Positions 34,917 through 46,038 are shown, numbered from the stretch's first letter. The stretch: 64,000 bases of DNA from Actinokineospora sp. (GCA_035540215.1 DATLIA010000372.1:3582-67581), one strand, 5' to 3'. Numbers and translations are program-made. The notes: generated by a model not told the origin, from the letters alone.

Positions 34917-35567
34917 GTGTCGCCTGAGACGCTGGCACGTATGGACATCACCCGCGCGGAAGCCTCCGACGCCGTCAGCGCCCTGGGTTGGCGGCACGTG
35001 CTGAACACCCTCGTCACCACCGTCGCCGTCGACTCGCTCGCGCGGGCCGCGCAAGTCGCCGTGGCGGTGGCCGACGTGGGTGACCATCTGCGCGTCGACC
35101 TGCGGGCGGACCGGGTGATCCTGCGCCTGCAGACCCCCGAGACCACGTCAGTCACCGCCGCCGACGTCGAGTCGGCTCGCCGGATCTCGGCCGCCGTGGC
35201 CACCGAGCCGCACCCTGGCATCCAAGCGTTGGAGTTCGCGATCGACGCGCTCGACATCGGCGCCGTGCGGCCGTTCTGGCAGGCCGTCCTCGGCTACGTC
35301 GACGAGCCCGCGCCGGGCAACGGCCTGCTCGACCCGCTCGGCCAGTTCCCCGCTGTCTGGTTCCAGCAGATGGACACTCCGCGCCCACAGCGCAATCGGA
35401 TCCATCTCGACGTTTCCGTCCCGCATGATGAGGCCGAGCGGCGCATCGCGGCGGCGCTCGCGGCGGGTGGGCGGCTGCTCTCCGACGCCGAGGCCCCGGC
35501 GTTCTGGGTGCTGGCCGACGCCGAGGGCAACGAGGCCTGCGTGTCCACCTGGCAGGGGCGGGATTAA
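34917..35567 (+). CDS. Pterin-carbinolamine-dehydratase-like plus VOC/glyoxalase fusion
   Basis: VTAADVESARRIS, NRIHLDV, LADAEGNEAC. Start may be ATG 34941. Confidence 0.8.
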   Translation: MSPETLARMDITRAEASDAVSALGWRHVLNTLVTTVAVDSLARAAQVAVAVADVGDHLRVDLRADRVILRLQTPETTSVTAADVESARRISAAVATEPHPGIQALEFAIDALDIGAVRPFWQAVLGYVDEPAPGNGLLDPLGQFPAVWFQQMDTPRPQRNRIHLDVSVPHDEAERRIAAALAAGGRLLSDAEAPAFWVLADAEGNEACVSTWQGRD

Positions 35568-35712
35568 CCCCGTTCTGGAAGATTGTCCGGTTCCCATTTG
35601 GCAAACGGCAAAAGCTAGTCATTTCCGTTAACAATTCCGGAGGATTTCTCGCCTACGGTCAGCGCACCGACTCGACACCCAGCCGAGTCCTGGTCCTGCG
35701 GAGAGATGTCCC

Positions 35713-37107
35713 ATGCGTATGCGTCGCCTCGCCGCGGCAGCCGTCTGCGCGGCAGCCGTGGTCCCCCTGCTCGTGTCGCACGCCAACGCCGCACCGTCCG
35801 CCGACGAGAGCCTGCAGCTCATCGCCACCAACGAGTCCCTGCTCGGCACCCACTTCTGGTACGCCCAGACCTACGCGGGCCACAAGGTCCTCGGCGGCTT
35901 CTACGCCAAGCACGTCGACCGGGCCACCGGCCAGGTCACCGTCACCGACGGCCGGATCCCGGTCTCGGGCATCAGCACCACCCGGGCCGCGGTCGCCGCC
36001 GACAAGGCGAACGCGAACGCGGAGCAGCGCAGCCACGGCAAGGCGTTCACCACCGAGCTGGCCGTACTCCCCGGCACCCAGGCCAAGCTCGTCTACCGCG
36101 TGCTGTCCGAGACCGACGCGGGCTCCGTGCAGTCCCTGGTCGACGCGTCCACCGGCGCCGTGGTCCAGGAGAAGAACCTGGTCAAGCACGTCGACGGCAC
36201 CGGCAGCGTGTTCGCGCCCAACCCGGTCGCGACGCTGCAGAACGAGAAGCTGACCGACCAGAACGACGCCGACGCGGCGGTCCCGGCGAGCGCCTACAAG
36301 GCGGTCACCCTGACCCACCTCGACGGGTCCGGCTACCTGCACGGCACCTACGCCACGATCACCGACAAGCGCACCAAGCAGGCGAAGTCGACGACCAACA
36401 CCTTCAACTACACCCGCTCGAACGACTTCTTCGAGCAGGTCGAGGCGTACTGGGCGATCACCGAGACGCAGAAGTACATCCAGAGCCTCGGCTTCACCAA
36501 CATCAACAACGAGGCCCAGGACATCCAGACCACCGGCCTGACCGCCGACAACTCGTTCTACGACCCCGCCAAGGACCTGGTCAAGTTCGGCACCGGCGGC
36601 GTCGACGACGGCGAGGACGCCGAGGTGATCTGGCACGAGTACGGCCACGCCATCCAGGACGCGCAGGTGCCGAACTTCGGCTCCAGCAACGAGGGCGGCT
36701 CCATCGGCGAGGCGTTCGGCGACTTCTGGGCGCTGATCAACTCGGCCGGCTACCAGCAGGACACCGCGGTCACCCCGCTCGCCTGCATCATGGACTGGGA
36801 CTCGGTCTCCTACACCTCGACCGAGCCGCACTGCATCCGGCGCACCGACACCAACCTGACGGTGGCGGACAAGACCGGTGAGGTCCACCACGACGGCCAG
36901 ATCTGGTCGCGCGCCCTGTTCGACATCTACAAGGCGTTCGGCAAGGACAAGTCGGCGAAGCTGGTGCTGGAGTCGCAGTTCTCCTTCGCCCCCAACACGA
37001 CCTTCGCCCAGGCGGCGACGGTCACCGTGAACACCGCCCAGAGCCTTTACGGGGCGACGGACGCGGCCACGGTCCGGGCGGCGTTCCAGGCGCGCGGCAT
37101 CCTCTAG
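35713..37107 (+). CDS. Secreted zinc metallopeptidase (M4/M36 clan) with propeptide
   Basis: Signal peptide, HEYGH, GEAFGD, EVHHDGQIW. Confidence 0.9.
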   Translation: MRMRRLAAAAVCAAAVVPLLVSHANAAPSADESLQLIATNESLLGTHFWYAQTYAGHKVLGGFYAKHVDRATGQVTVTDGRIPVSGISTTRAAVAADKANANAEQRSHGKAFTTELAVLPGTQAKLVYRVLSETDAGSVQSLVDASTGAVVQEKNLVKHVDGTGSVFAPNPVATLQNEKLTDQNDADAAVPASAYKAVTLTHLDGSGYLHGTYATITDKRTKQAKSTTNTFNYTRSNDFFEQVEAYWAITETQKYIQSLGFTNINNEAQDIQTTGLTADNSFYDPAKDLVKFGTGGVDDGEDAEVIWHEYGHAIQDAQVPNFGSSNEGGSIGEAFGDFWALINSAGYQQDTAVTPLACIMDWDSVSYTSTEPHCIRRTDTNLTVADKTGEVHHDGQIWSRALFDIYKAFGKDKSAKLVLESQFSFAPNTTFAQAATVTVNTAQSLYGATDAATVRAAFQARGIL

Positions 37108-37271
37108 TGGTGTGACTCATGGCGTTGGCCGGGTATCGGCGTGTCCACGGCGTCGCTGCCAAGGCGCAGGGACAGCACGCGTACCTGGTGTACGTGGCTG
37201 TTCCTGCAACGCGGGCAGCGGCGTCGTGGGCATGTCGAGACCCGGTCGACGTCGTGGGTCACGCCACTAGG

Positions 37272-38681
37272 TCACGAAAGCCGTTGTGCGGCGGGATCCT
37301 CCGCCGCACAACGGCTTATCGCCGCGCCAAGCGAATTGGCCCCGCGCAAAGCTTTCCCCAACGAGAGCGCGCCGTAGCCGAGCACCAGCCCCGGCGAGTC
37401 CGACCGCGCGACGCGGAAGTCCGCCAATGGGTACACCCGTACCCCGAGCGCCGACGCCTCCGCCGCGACATCGTTCTCGTTCATGCCTTTTGGCAAGGCC
37501 AGCAACATGTTCAGGCCCGCGGAGATCCCGGACGGCGCCACGCCGGGGATCCGCCCGACCGCGCCGATCAGCGCGTCCCTGCGTTCGCGGTACACCAGTC
37601 GGCTGCGCCTGAGGTGGCGGTCGAAGTCGCCGCTGGTCAGGAAATCGGCGAAGGTGGCCTGCAGGATCGTCGACGTGGAACCATCCGTGGCGCGCCTGCG
37701 GGCGACGATCGGGTCGACCAACTCCGGCGGCACCACCAGCCAGCCGAGGCGCACCCCGGAGCCCAGCGTCTTCGACGTCGTCCCGCAATAGATCACCCGT
37801 TCCGGCGCGACGCCTTGAACCGCGCCGACCGGGCGGCGGTCGTAGCGGTATTCGGCGTCGTAGTCGTCCTCGATCAGGTAGCCGTCGACCTCGTTGGCCC
37901 AGTCGATCAGTTGCGTGCGACGGTCTGGCGACAGGACGACGCCCATCGGACTCTGGTGCGCGGGCGTCACCACCGCGACCCGCGCGGACGTCTCCCGCAG
38001 CCGGTCGACGACCAGCCCGTCCTGGTCGACCGGGACCGGGTCGAACGGGATTCCGAGCGCGGCCAGGTGGCCGCGTGGTCCTGGGTAGCCGGGGTCCTCC
38101 ACCGCGTACCGAGCCGCGCCCAGGGCGTGGACGGCCAGGTCGAAGCCGTGGCCGAAACCCGCGCACACGATGATCGTGGCCGGGTCGGCGCGCACGCCGC
38201 GCACGCGGCCGAGGTAGTCGGCCAGGGCTTGGCGCAAGGTGAGCAGGCCGCGCGGGTCCTCGTCGGCGAAGTCGGTCGTCGGCATGGCGCGCAGCGCCGC
38301 ACGAGCCGCTTTCGACCAGGCCGCGCGGGGAAACAGGCCGAGGTCCGGGCGGCCTGGGCGGAAGTCCACGTCGATCCTCGGACCGGTCTCGGCGATCTCG
38401 GCAGGGTTGCCCGCGTCCCGGTGGACCTGGTTGACCACGGTCCCCGCTCCGCGCCGGGACAGCAGGTAGCCCTCGGCGATGAGCTGGTCGTAAGCCTCGA
38501 CCACGACCTTGCGGGTGATCCCCAGATCGGCGGCGAGCGCGCGGGTGGACGGCACCGCGGAACCGGGAGCGAGCCTGCCGGACCGGATCGCCGAGCGCAG
38601 GCCGTCCTCGATCTGGACCCGCAGGCCACGCGGCCGGGAGCGGTCGAACGTGAGGAACAGCTCTGGCGCACTGGTACCCAT
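37272..38681 (-). CDS. MocR/GabR family regulator (GntR wHTH plus PLP aminotransferase domain)
   Basis: PSTRALAADLGI, TPAHQSPMG, EDDYD, TSKTL...RLGW. Confidence 0.92.
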   Translation of the reverse strand: MGTSAPELFLTFDRSRPRGLRVQIEDGLRSAIRSGRLAPGSAVPSTRALAADLGITRKVVVEAYDQLIAEGYLLSRRGAGTVVNQVHRDAGNPAEIAETGPRIDVDFRPGRPDLGLFPRAAWSKAARAALRAMPTTDFADEDPRGLLTLRQALADYLGRVRGVRADPATIIVCAGFGHGFDLAVHALGAARYAVEDPGYPGPRGHLAALGIPFDPVPVDQDGLVVDRLRETSARVAVVTPAHQSPMGVVLSPDRRTQLIDWANEVDGYLIEDDYDAEYRYDRRPVGAVQGVAPERVIYCGTTSKTLGSGVRLGWLVVPPELVDPIVARRRATDGSTSTILQATFADFLTSGDFDRHLRRSRLVYRERRDALIGAVGRIPGVAPSGISAGLNMLLALPKGMNENDVAAEASALGVRVYPLADFRVARSDSPGLVLGYGALSLGKALRGANSLGAAISRCAAEDPAAQRLS

Positions 38682-38692
38682 AAAGCGATGTT

Positions 38693-38718
38693 AACTGGAC
38701 CTCTTAACGGGTCAACTT
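38693..38718. promoter_or_regulatory. Putative MocR operator in the divergent intergenic region
   Basis: Imperfect inverted repeat AACTGGACC-N8-GGTCAACTT between the regulator and its likely target operon. Confidence 0.35.
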
Positions 38719-38736
38719 GGTTCGTACAGTCGGTCC

Positions 38737-39315
38737 ATGTCCAACACCGTGAAGTCATATGAGGCCTACGCCGAGACCTACAACACGCTTGTCTCCGCCG
38801 AGCCGACAGACCGCCACGCGGGCGTCCTGCGCGCGTTCGCCGACCTCGTCCCCATCGCCGGGTCCGTGCTGGAGATCGGCTCCGGCCCCGGCCGCGACGC
38901 CGACTACCTGGAGACGCTCGGCGTCGAGGTCCGACGGACCGACGCGACCCAGGCGTTCCTCGACATCCAGGCGCGTCGCGGCAAGCACGGCGACCTGGTC
39001 AACGTCATCACCGACGAACTCGGCGGACCCTACGACGGCGTCCTGGCCGAGTGCGTGCTGATCCACGTCGGCCACGCCCAGATCGACGCCGTACTCGGCA
39101 AGATCGCCGCGGCGCTGCGCCCCGGCGGCGCCTTCCTCGTGTCCGTGCGCGACGGCGACGGCGAGACCGACGGTGACTACCTGATGGCCTACTGGCGCCG
39201 CCCCGACTTCGCCGCCCGCCTGGCCGCGGCGGGCTTCGAGATCACCTGGGACGATCACCACATCGACTGCGACGGCGACGCGTGGCTGACCTTCCTGACA
39301 AGGCGGACCCGATGA
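38737..39315 (+). CDS. Class I SAM-dependent methyltransferase
   Basis: VLEIGSGPG, ALRPGG. Confidence 0.88.
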   Translation: MSNTVKSYEAYAETYNTLVSAEPTDRHAGVLRAFADLVPIAGSVLEIGSGPGRDADYLETLGVEVRRTDATQAFLDIQARRGKHGDLVNVITDELGGPYDGVLAECVLIHVGHAQIDAVLGKIAAALRPGGAFLVSVRDGDGETDGDYLMAYWRRPDFAARLAAAGFEITWDDHHIDCDGDAWLTFLTRRTR

Positions 39316-40142
39316 ACGAACGAATTCTCCCGGTCAACGGCGTCGAACTGTGCGTTGAGACCTTCGGCGACCCAACCGACCCGGCCATCCTGCTCATCCA
39401 CGGCGCGTGCGCGTCGATGCTTTGGTGGGAAACGGAACTGTGCGATCGGATCGCCGCGTGTGGACGGTTCGTGATCCGCTACGACCAGCGCGACACCGGC
39501 CGCTCGACCAGCTACCCACCCGGCTCCCCCGGCTACACCCTCACCGATCTGACCAACGACGCGATCGGCCTCCTCGACGCACTCGACATCCCCCGCGCCC
39601 ACATCGTCGGCCGCTCCATGTCCGGCGCCATAGCCCTCACCGCGGGCGTCGACCACCCAGACCGAGTCGCGTCCCTGACCTTCGTCAACACGACGACCGG
39701 CGACGACGACCTGCCGCCGCCATCGGGCGACTTCCCTGACGACACACCGGATCTCACCGATTCGACCGCCGTGGTCGAGTACATCGTGAACACACTTCGC
39801 GCCTACGCGGGCACTTCCGCGCTGTTCGACGTGGACGCGACCCGCGCGCTGGCCACTCTGGACGTCGAACGCACTGTGAACATCAAGTCCGCGCTATCCA
39901 ACCACTTCCTCATCGACTTCGGCGGTCCGGTGGCGGGCGGGTTCGCCGACATCACGGCGCCGACACTCGTCGTGCACGGCGAAATAGACCCTCTGTTCCC
40001 ATTTTCCCACGGCAAAGCCCTTCGCGACGCGATCCCCGGCGCGGCCCTGGTCGTTCTCGCAGGCACGGGCCACGATGTCCCTCGCGGACGGTGGCACGAA
40101 TTCGTCACGTCGCTGATCCGCCACACGGACGTCACCCCATAG
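39312..40142 (+). CDS. Alpha/beta hydrolase
   Basis: ATGA-coupled, YDQRDTGRS, GRSMSG, HGEIDP, GH. Confidence 0.88.
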   Translation: MNERILPVNGVELCVETFGDPTDPAILLIHGACASMLWWETELCDRIAACGRFVIRYDQRDTGRSTSYPPGSPGYTLTDLTNDAIGLLDALDIPRAHIVGRSMSGAIALTAGVDHPDRVASLTFVNTTTGDDDLPPPSGDFPDDTPDLTDSTAVVEYIVNTLRAYAGTSALFDVDATRALATLDVERTVNIKSALSNHFLIDFGGPVAGGFADITAPTLVVHGEIDPLFPFSHGKALRDAIPGAALVVLAGTGHDVPRGRWHEFVTSLIRHTDVTP

Positions 40143-40251
40143 CACCCTTGTGGCGAACCTGGCCTGTCTCGTTAGGTGGGATTTGATCTCGAAACCCCGT
40201 CACCGGCGACACGCCTGACCGTGTCGGTCGGTCCCTATGGAAGGCGGAGCC

Positions 40252-41256
40252 ATGAGAACAATCCGACTGACCCTTGCCCTCGCCACCGCCGCGCTCGCGG
40301 CCGCTGCTGTCGTCCCCGGCACGGCCGCGGCGACACCCGTGAAGTCGGCCAACGACCTGATCTCCTTACTGGGCACCGCGCGGACCGCCGGGAGCCATCT
40401 CGACGCGGGCCGTGTGGTTGTCAACGTGACCGACGCCGAGGCCGCGGCCGACGTGCGGTCGGCGGGCGGGACGGCTCGTGTCGTCTCGCGTAGCAGCCGC
40501 CAGTTGGACGAGCTGGTCGCCCGGCTCGACGCGGGCGTTCCTGGCACGGCATGGGCGCACGATCCGGTGTCCAACCAGGTCGTGATCACCGCCGACAGCA
40601 CTGTCCGAGGCGCCGACTACGCGCGGCTGGTGTCGGCCGCGGCGGGGTCTGGTGGGGCGGCCAGGGTCGAGCGGGCCGCGGGTGCGTTCACGCCGCTGAT
40701 CTCCGGTGGGGACGCGATCTACGGTGGTGGGTACCGCTGTTCGCTGGGCTTCAACGTGCGCAACGGCAGCACCTACTACTTCCTCACCGCGGGCCACTGC
40801 ACCAATTCCGCGAATGCGTGGTTCTCCAACTCGAACCAGTCGACCAAGCTCGGTGACACGACCGGGAGCAGCTTCCCGGGCAACGACTACGGAATCGTGC
40901 GCTACACCAACACCTCCGTGACGATCTCCGGCACCGTCGGCGGGCAGGACATCGCCTCGGCGGGCAACGCCTTCGTCGGAGAATCCGTCTCGCGGCGGGG
41001 CAGCACGACCGGGACCAAGACCGGGACGGTGACCGGGCTCAACGCCACCGTCCACTACTCCGGCGGCGGCACGGTGAAGGGCATGATCCAGACCAACGTG
41101 TGCGCCGAACCGGGCGACAGCGGCGGCCCGCTGTACGACGGGTCGACCGCGCTGGGCCTGACCTCCGGCGGCAGCGGCAACTGCCGCACCGGCGGTACGA
41201 CCTTCTACCAGCCGGTCACCGAGGCGCTGAGCAAGTACAACGTGTCGGTGTTCTGA
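40252..41256 (+). CDS. Secreted S1 serine protease (streptogrisin/alpha-lytic type)
   Basis: Signal plus prodomain, CSLGFN, TAGHC, NDY, GDSGG. Confidence 0.93.
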   Translation: MRTIRLTLALATAALAAAAVVPGTAAATPVKSANDLISLLGTARTAGSHLDAGRVVVNVTDAEAAADVRSAGGTARVVSRSSRQLDELVARLDAGVPGTAWAHDPVSNQVVITADSTVRGADYARLVSAAAGSGGAARVERAAGAFTPLISGGDAIYGGGYRCSLGFNVRNGSTYYFLTAGHCTNSANAWFSNSNQSTKLGDTTGSSFPGNDYGIVRYTNTSVTISGTVGGQDIASAGNAFVGESVSRRGSTTGTKTGTVTGLNATVHYSGGGTVKGMIQTNVCAEPGDSGGPLYDGSTALGLTSGGSGNCRTGGTTFYQPVTEALSKYNVSVF

Positions 41257-41262
41257 CGACGG

Positions 41263-41294
41263 CGGCCCGCCGCGGGAACTCCCGCGGCGGGCCG
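41263..41294 (+). terminator. GC-rich hairpin after the protease gene
   Basis: CGGCCCGCCGCGGGA / TCCCGCGGCGGGCCG perfect stem. Confidence 0.75.
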
Positions 41295-41325
41295 TTGACC
41301 CTCACGTGGCGTGAGGCCGCATAGT
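41295..41325 (+). promoter_or_regulatory. MerR/TipA-type promoter and operator
   Basis: TTGACC-19 bp-CATAGT with dyad CCTCACG-tgg-CGTGAGG (41300-41316), near-identical to the tipA operator. GTG start 7 nt downstream suggests a leaderless mRNA. Confidence 0.8.
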
Positions 41326-41332
41326 CGGTGGC

Positions 41333-42448
41333 GTGGAGGAGCACCTGACCGTGGGACGTGTGGCCGAGCTGGCGGGCGTGAGCGTCCGCACGCTGCATCA
41401 CTATGACGAGATCGCCCTTGTGCGGCCGTCCGCGCGGACAGCGGGCGGATATCGCGCTTACTCGGCTCGCGACGTCGAGCGACTGCGCGAGGTGCTCGCC
41501 TACCGGCGGCTGGGTTTCGGGCTGCGCGAGATCGCGGACCTGGTCGACGACCCGGACACCGACGCGGTCACGCACCTGCGCAGGCTGCGCGGTCTGCTGG
41601 TGGAACAGCGCGACCGCGCCGCCGCCATGGTGACGGCCATCGACAGGGAGCTGGAGGCGCGGGCGATGGGGATCAGGACGACACCAGAGGAACAGCTGAA
41701 AGTGTTCGGCGCGCGGTTGTACGACAAGATCGGGTCCGCCTACCCGGCGACGCGCCGCACCGAGCCGCGGATCGCCGCGAAAGTCTGGCAGGCACTCGGC
41801 GACGCGCGGACCGTACTCAACGTCGGGGCAGGCACCGGCTCCTATGAGCCCACCGACCGCGACGTCACGGCAGTGGAACCATCAGCGGTCATGCGCGCGC
41901 AGCGCCCCGCGGACGCGGCGCCATGTGTCGCCGCCGCCGCGGAGAGTCTCCCGTTCGAGGATCAGTCCTTCGACGCCGCGATGGCCTTCAGCACTGTTCA
42001 CCACTGGCAGGACCCGATCGCGGGCCTGCGTGAGATGCGGCGCGTGGCCCGGCGCGTCGTGGTGTTCACCCACGATGCCAGCGCCGCGGGCTGGCAGCAG
42101 CGATTCTGGCTCATCCGCGACTACCTGCCTGAGGTCGCCGACCTCGTCGTGGGCAGGCCTGCGGTGGACCGACTGGCCGACGCGATCGGGGCCCGCATGG
42201 AGCCGGTGCTCATTCCGTGGGACTGCGCCGACGGCTTCTTCGAGGCCCACTGGCGAAGGCCCGAGGCGTACCTGGAGGAACATGTGCGCCGCGCCGTGTC
42301 GGTCTGGACCAGGGTCGGCCCGGAAGCCGAGCAGCGGGCGGTTGGCAGGCTCCGCGATGACCTTTCCTCAGGCCGGTGGGCCGAGCGCAACCGTGAACTC
42401 GCCGCACTCGACGCCGCCGAACTCGGCCTGCGCCTGCTCGTGGCCTGA
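41333..42448 (+). CDS. TipA-like MerR regulator fused to a class I SAM methyltransferase
   Basis: VGRVAELAGVSVRTLHHYD, LGFGL; VLNVGAGTG, AESLPF, VHHW. Confidence 0.88.
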   Translation: MEEHLTVGRVAELAGVSVRTLHHYDEIALVRPSARTAGGYRAYSARDVERLREVLAYRRLGFGLREIADLVDDPDTDAVTHLRRLRGLLVEQRDRAAAMVTAIDRELEARAMGIRTTPEEQLKVFGARLYDKIGSAYPATRRTEPRIAAKVWQALGDARTVLNVGAGTGSYEPTDRDVTAVEPSAVMRAQRPADAAPCVAAAAESLPFEDQSFDAAMAFSTVHHWQDPIAGLREMRRVARRVVVFTHDASAAGWQQRFWLIRDYLPEVADLVVGRPAVDRLADAIGARMEPVLIPWDCADGFFEAHWRRPEAYLEEHVRRAVSVWTRVGPEAEQRAVGRLRDDLSSGRWAERNRELAALDAAELGLRLLVA

Positions 42449-42452
42449 ACGG

Positions 42453-43739
42453 TCAGAGCACTCTGGTGGCGTAGGGGACGATGCCGCCGTAGCGGACCGG
42501 GGCGATGCGCACCCGTGAGCCCGAGTACGGCGCCTCGACCATCTGCCCGTTCCCGATGTACATCGCGACGTGGTGGATGCGGCCGCCGGTGGCCCAGAAC
42601 AGCATGTCGCCTGGAGCCATCTGGTTGAGCGGGACCCGTCGGCCCGCGGCGGCCTGGTAGCCGCTGTAGTGCGGCAGCCGGACGCCCACCCCCGCGAAGG
42701 CGTAGATCATCAGACCGGAGCAGTCGAAGCCGACCTTGTTGTAGTCGCCGTAGGAGTCGGCGACGCCGCCGTCGCGGATGCCTCGGGTCGGGCCGCTGCC
42801 GTTGCCGCCGCCCCACGCGTACTGGACGCCGAGTTGGGACAGGGCGCGGTTGATGACGATCTGGGCGCGGTCGCCCGCGGGACGGCCGACCGGGGGGCGA
42901 CCGGCCGCCGCCGCGTTGGCGGCGTCTTCGCGCTGTTTGGCGGCCAGCCAGTCCTGGTAGCGCTTGCGCTGGCTCTCCAGGCCGCCGACCTTGGCCTGTG
43001 CGTCGTTGAGCTGGCGCTCGTAGTCGGCCCTGGCCGCTTCGAGTTCGTGGGACTTCGACGCCTGGTCGCGCTGGGCCTGCTGGGCGGTCGCGGTGGCGGC
43101 GTCGGCGTTGCGCTTGGCTTGCTCGGCCTCGGCCTGGCGCTTGTTCGCCTCGTCCAGCGCGGCCCTGGCCAGGGAGTCCTTGTTCGCCTTGACCGTGCGG
43201 GCGCGCTCCATCGCCTCGAGCGCATCGAGTTCGCTGCCGCTGACCGCGTTGAGCAGCTGGGCCCTGGCCAGCAGATCCTCTGGACTCTTGGCGCCGATGT
43301 AGGCCGACATCGACCCCATGGTCGTGCCCTGCTTGTAGCTGCCCGCGGCGAAGTCGTCGAGCTGCTTGCGGGCGGCGTCGATGTCGCGGCCCGCGCCGTC
43401 GGCCTCACGCTTGGCCGCCTCGGCGTCGGACTTGGCCTTGGCGGCGATGTCGTTGGCGGTCTCGAGGTCGACGAGGGCCTTGTTGGCGTCCTCCATCTTG
43501 GCCTCGACGTCGGCCTGCAGGTCCATCAGCCGGGCCTCGGCCTGGGCGAGCTGGTTGGTCAGCTCACCGACCTTGCCAGCCTTGGACTTCGCGTCGGCGC
43601 GGCTCGTCGTCAGCTCCGAGTCGCTGGGGTTCGGCGGTGGTGGCGGCACCGCGGCGGCGACGCCGGTGGCCGCGCTGAGCATCACCAGAACGAGCGACGC
43701 CAAGATCAGACCCAGCCTGCGGCCTCTGCGTACGGGCAC
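42453..43739 (-). CDS. ripA: NlpC/P60 peptidoglycan endopeptidase (RipA-like) with coiled coil
   Basis: Signal peptide, YAWGGG, GFDCSGL, HHVAMY; syntenic with acn and moxR. Confidence 0.88.
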   Translation of the reverse strand: MPVRRGRRLGLILASLVLVMLSAATGVAAAVPPPPPNPSDSELTTSRADAKSKAGKVGELTNQLAQAEARLMDLQADVEAKMEDANKALVDLETANDIAAKAKSDAEAAKREADGAGRDIDAARKQLDDFAAGSYKQGTTMGSMSAYIGAKSPEDLLARAQLLNAVSGSELDALEAMERARTVKANKDSLARAALDEANKRQAEAEQAKRNADAATATAQQAQRDQASKSHELEAARADYERQLNDAQAKVGGLESQRKRYQDWLAAKQREDAANAAAAGRPPVGRPAGDRAQIVINRALSQLGVQYAWGGGNGSGPTRGIRDGGVADSYGDYNKVGFDCSGLMIYAFAGVGVRLPHYSGYQAAAGRRVPLNQMAPGDMLFWATGGRIHHVAMYIGNGQMVEAPYSGSRVRIAPVRYGGIVPYATRVL

Positions 43740-44025
43740 GGCTCCCCACCTCCCAGCGCGGGCGGCTCCCCCCGCCCACTTCGTTGATCAAGTTCGACCT
43801 CCGCCGAACCGGCGGAAAACGGACTGGAACACGACGACTGTGCCAGGTGGACACCAGACGCACCAGTCGTAACACGCGAAACATACTTACCTTGGACAAC
43901 TGTTACCGACAGGGACACGCCTAGTAACCCTGGCATCAGCCGAACGGGCCGACCTTGCACACAATGGGTGACACGATCGGCGGGGCGATGTGACTGCGCG
44001 TGCCTAGGGCTGCGACGATGGTGCC

Positions 44026-44487
44026 GTGACCAAGGGGACCAGGGCCGCGGCGGCGGTCGCGGGCGTCGGCGTCGTCGCCGTCGTGGTGGGCATGTTCCTG
44101 CCGTGGTTCCGGTCGGGCACGGTGCTGCGCGACAGTTTCCAGATAATCGGCGTGATCCAGTCACTCGGGTTCCTTCGCGGGGATACCCTTGAGCTGCTGC
44201 TCTACGCCTGGTTCGCGGTAATACCCGCTGTCACGCTGAGCATCGTCGCGTACACGCTCGGATTATCCAGGACGGCCGCAACGATCGGCGCCGTCCTCGC
44301 GATATTCACCGGAACCATTTCGGGCGGTGCGACCGTCGAAAGCGGTGGCGGGGAAAGCTCGCTCGGCATCGCAGGCACCGGACCGACCGTCACCTTGATC
44401 GGCTCGTTGGTGGCTCTGGTCGGAGCCGTGGGCATCTTCGTAGGCCGGCGCAGGAGCGCACGCAGGATCGCAGGAGGGGAACCGTGA
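44026..44487 (+). CDS. Hypothetical 4-TM membrane protein
   Basis: FLPW motif, hydrophobic, GTGA-coupled to the next gene. Confidence 0.65.
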   Translation: MTKGTRAAAAVAGVGVVAVVVGMFLPWFRSGTVLRDSFQIIGVIQSLGFLRGDTLELLLYAWFAVIPAVTLSIVAYTLGLSRTAATIGAVLAIFTGTISGGATVESGGGESSLGIAGTGPTVTLIGSLVALVGAVGIFVGRRRSARRIAGGEP

Positions 44488-46022
44488 CCTATCCAGGCTC
44501 GGGCGGACAGTGGCCGCCGAACGACCCATATCAGCAGCAGGGTGGCCAGCCACAGCCTGGCGGGTACCAGCAGGGGGGCTACCAGCAGCCGGGATACCCG
44601 CAGCAGGGCGGGTATCCCCAACAGGGAACCCCCCAGCAGGGTTTCCCGCAGCAGCAGGGCGGCTACCCACAGACCGGGCCGCAGCCCGCCCAGGGCTACC
44701 CGCAGACCGGCCCGCAGCCGACCCAGGCCTTCGGCGGGTACGGCCAGGAGCAGTACGGCCAGCAGCAGCCCTACGGCCAGCAGCCCTACGGCTACCCGAT
44801 GCCGCCTGAGGCGCCGAAGAAGCGCAAGGGCCTGGTCATCGGGGTCGTCGCCGCGGTCATCGCGGTGGCCGCCGGTGGTGGCGTGACGTGGTGGGCGCTC
44901 AACCGGGGCAGCGCGCCCGCGGGCGCCGAGAGCCCGACCGCGGCGGCGACCAGCCTGGTCAACGCCATCGGCCAGGGTGACGTCGCGGGTCTGCTGACGG
45001 GCCTCGCGCCCGCCGAGCGCGACCTGATGACGACGCTGAACTCGGAGACCACCAAGGAGCTGCAGCGCCTGGAGGTCTACAAGAAGGACGTCGACCCGAA
45101 CAAGATCCAGGGCTTCGAGCTGAAGACCGAGGGCCTGGAGTTCGACGAGGCGAACGCCGAGAAGGTCAACGACCACCTGACCATCACCAAGCTGGTCAAG
45201 GGCAAGGTCACCATCAGCTCCGACGCGAGCAAGCTCCCCTTCACCGAGGACTTCATCGAGCTGGCCTTCCCGCGCGGGATGAACGCCAAGCCGGAGACCG
45301 AGACGGTCGACATCGCCGAGATCGTCAAGGACAACGACGGCGAGCCCATCCGCATCGCGACGGTCAACGTCGACGGCGAGTGGTACCCGAGCCTGTTCTA
45401 CACGATCGCCGACTACGGCCTGCAGGACTCGAAGAAGAAGTGGCCGAAGACCTCGATCCCGGCAAAGGGCGCCGACAACCCCGGTGACGCCGTGAAGGAG
45501 ATGGCCGACGCCGCGCTCGACGGGAACATCACCCGGGTCATCGAGCTGCTGCCGCCGGACGAGATGGCCGTCATCCACGACCTCGGCCCGATGATCGTCG
45601 ACATGACCAAGGGCGACGTGGAGTCGAGCGGGATCAAGATCACCAAGCTGGAGACCGAGACGGCCGACGTCGAGGGCGCCACGAAGGTCCTGCTCAAGGA
45701 GTTCGAGGCGGAGAAGGACGGCGAGCGCGTCCGGGTCACCAAGGACGGCGAGTGCTACGCCGCCGAGGCCGACGGCAAGAAGGAGCAGTTCTGCGCCGAT
45801 GACGCCGCCACCGAGATCGGCGGCAAGAAGATGGCGCCGGAGGCCAAGAAGGCGCTCACCAACCTGGTCAAGGGCATGATCGCCAACACCGGTCTGGTCA
45901 CCACCAAGGTCGACGGCAAGTGGTACGTCAGCCCGATCCGCTCGATCACCGACCTCGAGGTCACCGCGCTGAAGAGCCTGGAGCCCGAGGACATCAAGGC
46001 CCTGCTGAAGATGGCCAAGTAA
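44484..46022 (+). CDS. Membrane-anchored protein with a Q/G/P/Y-rich cytoplasmic tail and large ectodomain
   Basis: Strong codon bias, single TM, two 'DG.WY' repeats. Confidence 0.8.
   Translation: MTYPGSGGQWPPNDPYQQQGGQPQPGGYQQGGYQQPGYPQQGGYPQQGTPQQGFPQQQGGYPQTGPQPAQGYPQTGPQPTQAFGGYGQEQYGQQQPYGQQPYGYPMPPEAPKKRKGLVIGVVAAVIAVAAGGGVTWWALNRGSAPAGAESPTAAATSLVNAIGQGDVAGLLTGLAPAERDLMTTLNSETTKELQRLEVYKKDVDPNKIQGFELKTEGLEFDEANAEKVNDHLTITKLVKGKVTISSDASKLPFTEDFIELAFPRGMNAKPETETVDIAEIVKDNDGEPIRIATVNVDGEWYPSLFYTIADYGLQDSKKKWPKTSIPAKGADNPGDAVKEMADAALDGNITRVIELLPPDEMAVIHDLGPMIVDMTKGDVESSGIKITKLETETADVEGATKVLLKEFEAEKDGERVRVTKDGECYAAEADGKKEQFCADDAATEIGGKKMAPEAKKALTNLVKGMIANTGLVTTKVDGKWYVSPIRSITDLEVTALKSLEPEDIKALLKMAK
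44526..44800 (+). repeat. Low-complexity coding repeats (QQGGYPQ / GYPQTGPQP / YGQQ)
   Basis: Imperfect tandem CAGCAG/GGCTACCC units inside CDS 44484..46022. Confidence 0.7.
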
Positions 46023-46038
46023 GCAGGACAGAGCATCT

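Noticed and set aside
44526-44800. Tandem repeats as a CRISPR array or VNTR
   Set aside because: In-frame imperfect peptide repeats with no constant repeat/unique spacer structure and no cas genes.
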